Positions 60,676 to 64,000 of a stretch of DNA of 64,000 nucleotides are shown here, piece after piece. The position numbers and the translations under genes are program-made. Source of the stretch: Macrostomum lignano (Eukaryota). The notes beneath the pieces were generated by a model. It was not told the origin of the DNA and did not search any database. It saw nothing but the letters and a program-made list of their open reading frames with translations. Within the stretch, counting starts at the first letter, position 1; every line of letters begins with the position of its first letter. The stretch is from positions 1 to 64,000 of the forward strand of contig NIVC01001262.1 of the NCBI GenBank assembly GCA_002269645.1, given 5' to 3'.

Positions 60676-62542
60676 TGCTATTAGCACATGCAAAAAATAT
60701 GAATAAAAATTTTGCATTAGCTAGTTAGTATTTTGTAAACATTGCTTTCCTTTTCTACTCAATTACAAATACAAAAAAGCAAATTATAGTTTTTGAAATA
60801 ATATCAAAAGGGCCCATTTAATTTAGAGGAAACATTTCTTAAGCTAGATAATCAAGTTCAAATATTTTTTTATCTAATAATATAGATATACAAGTGATAT
60901 ATCTAGAAGATAAATCCTAAAGACTGCTTAAGAACTCAGGAAATTACATTTGCAAATAATAGAAATTCTAGAAAAAGCCACTGCTTTAGTTGTATCTATA
61001 GCTTTTTAATATGGATTCATTTTGTCTAAACTAGCATTGATAATATAAAATAATGATACTAAAAAAGTTTTATTGCCATTGCATTAACCACATTCTAGAA
61101 GATATAATTTACAATAGAATTTTTGGAATGATTTGATTTGATTCGAATAAAATATTGGCATGCATTGCTGTGACTTTGGGCAATGCCTAGTGTGATACCA
61201 TGGTTAATGTTACTATAATATCTTGACCATTCAACATGAGAATAGTGTATTAATATAACTGCACTAAAAAGCATTTGCTTTCTTGGATATTTTTGGTTAT
61301 CTGAATGCAAGCCTTTTGCATTCCCATATGATATTACCAAATAATATTAAAACAATAATGTCTTGCCAAACTGATACTAATGCAACTTATTTCTATTGAA
61401 GCATTTTAAAGACAGTTTAAATACTAATATTAATAATAACCTTGCAATATAGTGAACTCATATGCTAAGCTAAAATATTAAAATAACTTGTGTTATAATA
61501 ATATATGAGATTTAAGTTTGGGTAAATAGGAATTATGTATTGGTGCTGGTCTATGGCCCATTTCTATGTCCCTGTATGTCAATCAACAAAAAAGTATTGA
61601 GTAGAATGCTCAAAGATAAGAAAAATATATAATTCTAGTTGATGTTTTATTAGAAAGTAGTATAACCTATAAACTGGTTCTTTTCCTAATTATACTCCAT
61701 AAGAATAAATCATTATGCTGTTGTCAGCGGCCCAGCCCGTTTCTTCTATTTAAAAACAAAATGGCAAATATATATTTTCATGTAAAATTGATGTTTGAAA
61801 CGGCATTTAAATATTGATGCCATGCAAATACAAATGCTATTTATTTCGAATAAAATATTGCATAAATACCTAAAAAAGAAAATAATAAAGATAAGTATAT
61901 GTTGTTGCTATCAACTTTGACCAAGAATTTGCAAGAACTGTACTGCATTTGTTGTTTCTTATTCTACCGTTTTTACCAAATCCGAGAATCTGATTTAACC
62001 TTTTAGTGTGTATTCAACGATCAGAAAAAAATCAATCCATATACTTACATCTTATTTTTAAATAGTTTTTAAACTGATGAAATTACAAGACAAATATTTT
62101 GATTTGTGACATGGTGCGACCTGGGCCTACTACATGTAGTAGATCACCTAAGTATAGTAACACACTCATAGTAGGGCATGAACTACTTATTACGTTACGC
62201 CCGAGTTAGAGTCTATGCGCGAAACGACGTGCCCAATGGAGAGATTAATCAAGTATTCAGGAATTCACTGCAAAACATCCAGGCGAGAAAGAGTTGCGGG
62301 GTTCTCTTTTTGCACACGCTGTATAGCATCAGTAGTGGATGTCATCGTTGCCGTCGGATGAAGAAAATATACGCAGGGACGATTAAGGTCATCCTTGATT
62401 ATACATCGACATCGATCGACCAAATTTCGGTTTAATGTAAAAGTACCCGTTTGTCAAAGACGCTCAACGAAGTCGGATTCGGCGATCATGTCAGATCAAG
62501 GACGTCGGAATGTTGCACGGTAGAGTTCTTATGCACAACCTA

Positions 62543-62700
62543 ATGGAAATCCAGAATTTTGCTTCAAGGTGCTGAAATAAGTGCCTGTGGCGACAAGATG
62601 AGTGCCTGCGGCGATAAAATGAGCACCTGCGCCATATTGTGAGCCGGCGGCGCAGAAATAAGTACCTGCGATGAGCTGGCACCAAATGAGTATTACATGC
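62543..62700 (+). mobile_element. Degenerate copy of the 41.3 kb element (flank plus several 21-bp units)
   Basis: atggaaatccagaattttgcttcaagg matches 41327-41355, followed by gagtgcctgcggcgataaaatgag-type units. Confidence 0.55.
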
Positions 62701-64000
62701 TGACGTAGTCTGGTCTGCAGCACCAAAAATCAGTGCTGTTCGCCCTGTTCCTCATTTTCGACACCCAGCGCGTTGTCAGCGGTCGTAGGCACGATCTATC
62801 CGAGGAGGAGTACGTCTACGGAGCTACTATATTATAACAACACCAACTCCAAAAAATATAAAACTTCCTCGTTTTTGTAATTTTGGTTTGGTTCCTCACC
62901 ATAAAATCGATGGCGCGATGCCCCTATCCTTAGTGCTTTACTTATTCGTAAGTCGTCATTGGACAAGGACCAAGGCTACAGAGTCGGCGCCGGCGGTGGC
63001 ATCAGCAGCAAAGCGTGCCTGTTCTCGCTGCATGGTAGAGTGCCTGCAGCGCCAGCAGCAGCCTCCTGTACCTGTTCTGGTGCAGGAGTACGATTCCTAG
63101 CTCACGGCGGATGAAGTGATCTGCCAGCTGGAGTCGCCGATAAATCAATTCGACGGCGACAGAATTCGGCGTGCGCGGCGACAGAATGCCGCTATGGTGA
63201 CCCGCTCGTCGTGGATCTTGAAGGGGGCACAGCATGCCAGTGTGAGCCGTGTCAGCTGGCTGCCTGAGCGAACCTGAGCAAGCGGGACGATCTTAACTAC
63301 CACCTGGAAAGCTGCCCTCACAGACGAAGTTTTCGCAGAGCATCTGCTCTTCCATCCGTATCGGCATGCAAATATTGAAATGAACAAAACTTCTAATGCT
63401 GTAAGTTAATTTGCAATTACCGAGTCTTTTCAGTTACGTTTTGAACTTTTTGATCTGCTCGAAGGAAACTTTTAAGCAAGATTTCTAAAGGAACAAGTGC
63501 TGAAAGTCAACATGACACACCTTGGTACTTGACTTGACTGACTCTCACTTGACGCTAAGCGTAAATGAAGGCGTTTATTTTAGATTTAATAAGATTTGAA
63601 TATGCTTTCTATTTTATATTTGACTCGATAATAATTAGTAAATCAATTTTTATTGCATGGTAATTTTAAAATGATTATATGTTGATTGCTTCAATAGGTT
63701 AGGATGTAAAAGTACATCATGTGCAGCTCGCCCTGCACAGCATGTGCAAAATGGGAAATGAGAGGCCGCAATGGAAAAGCACTGCAGCTAGTTGTGGCCT
63801 AAGATATTCTGTGGACAAAATCCGATTCGAATTCGCGCCAAAGTAATTGATGGCATCATTGATCGAGCTACTCTCGGGGGGATCAGGTGGAATCGCAGTC
63901 ATTGTGGCTATTCAAAGGCAGAGAAAATATAGTTTGCTAAAAGTAAAAACTGAGCATAAAGACATCTTAAAAGTGTTGCGAAGAAATCAACCCATAATTT

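Overview
Gene-dense animal (spliceosomal-intron) genomic DNA with GC-rich exons, AT-rich introns and about 30 unrelated minisatellite arrays (roughly a quarter of the window by my rough sum). The style suggests the flatworm Macrostomum, but that is inference only. I built seven intron-containing gene models by hand, each frame-consistent except where noted. (1) S-adenosylmethionine decarboxylase AMD1 (-). (2) A secreted fibrinogen-related protein (+). (3) A degenerate calmodulin-like EF-hand protein (-) with a 1-nt frame break. (4) An SLC1/EAAT glutamate transporter (+). (5) A UPF0489/C5orf22-family protein with an N-terminal hydrophobic anchor (-; first exon tentative). (6) CCDC66 (-). (7) A two-exon SID-1/SIDT family gene (+) nested antisense inside a CCDC66 intron. 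The most interesting signal is apparent multi-layer translational control of AMD1. Its UAG stop is followed after 6-7 nt by a ~17-bp GC-rich hairpin and a 95-codon in-frame tail ending in a hydrophobic stretch, a candidate programmed readthrough. Its spliced 5' leader is packed with uORFs, the last ending 4 nt before the main AUG. Also notable: three introns built from tandem copies of their own 5' splice site, a possible CCDC66-UPF0489 operon-like pair, and a near-perfect 152-nt palindrome in an AMD1 intron. All exon boundaries are predicted from sequence alone.
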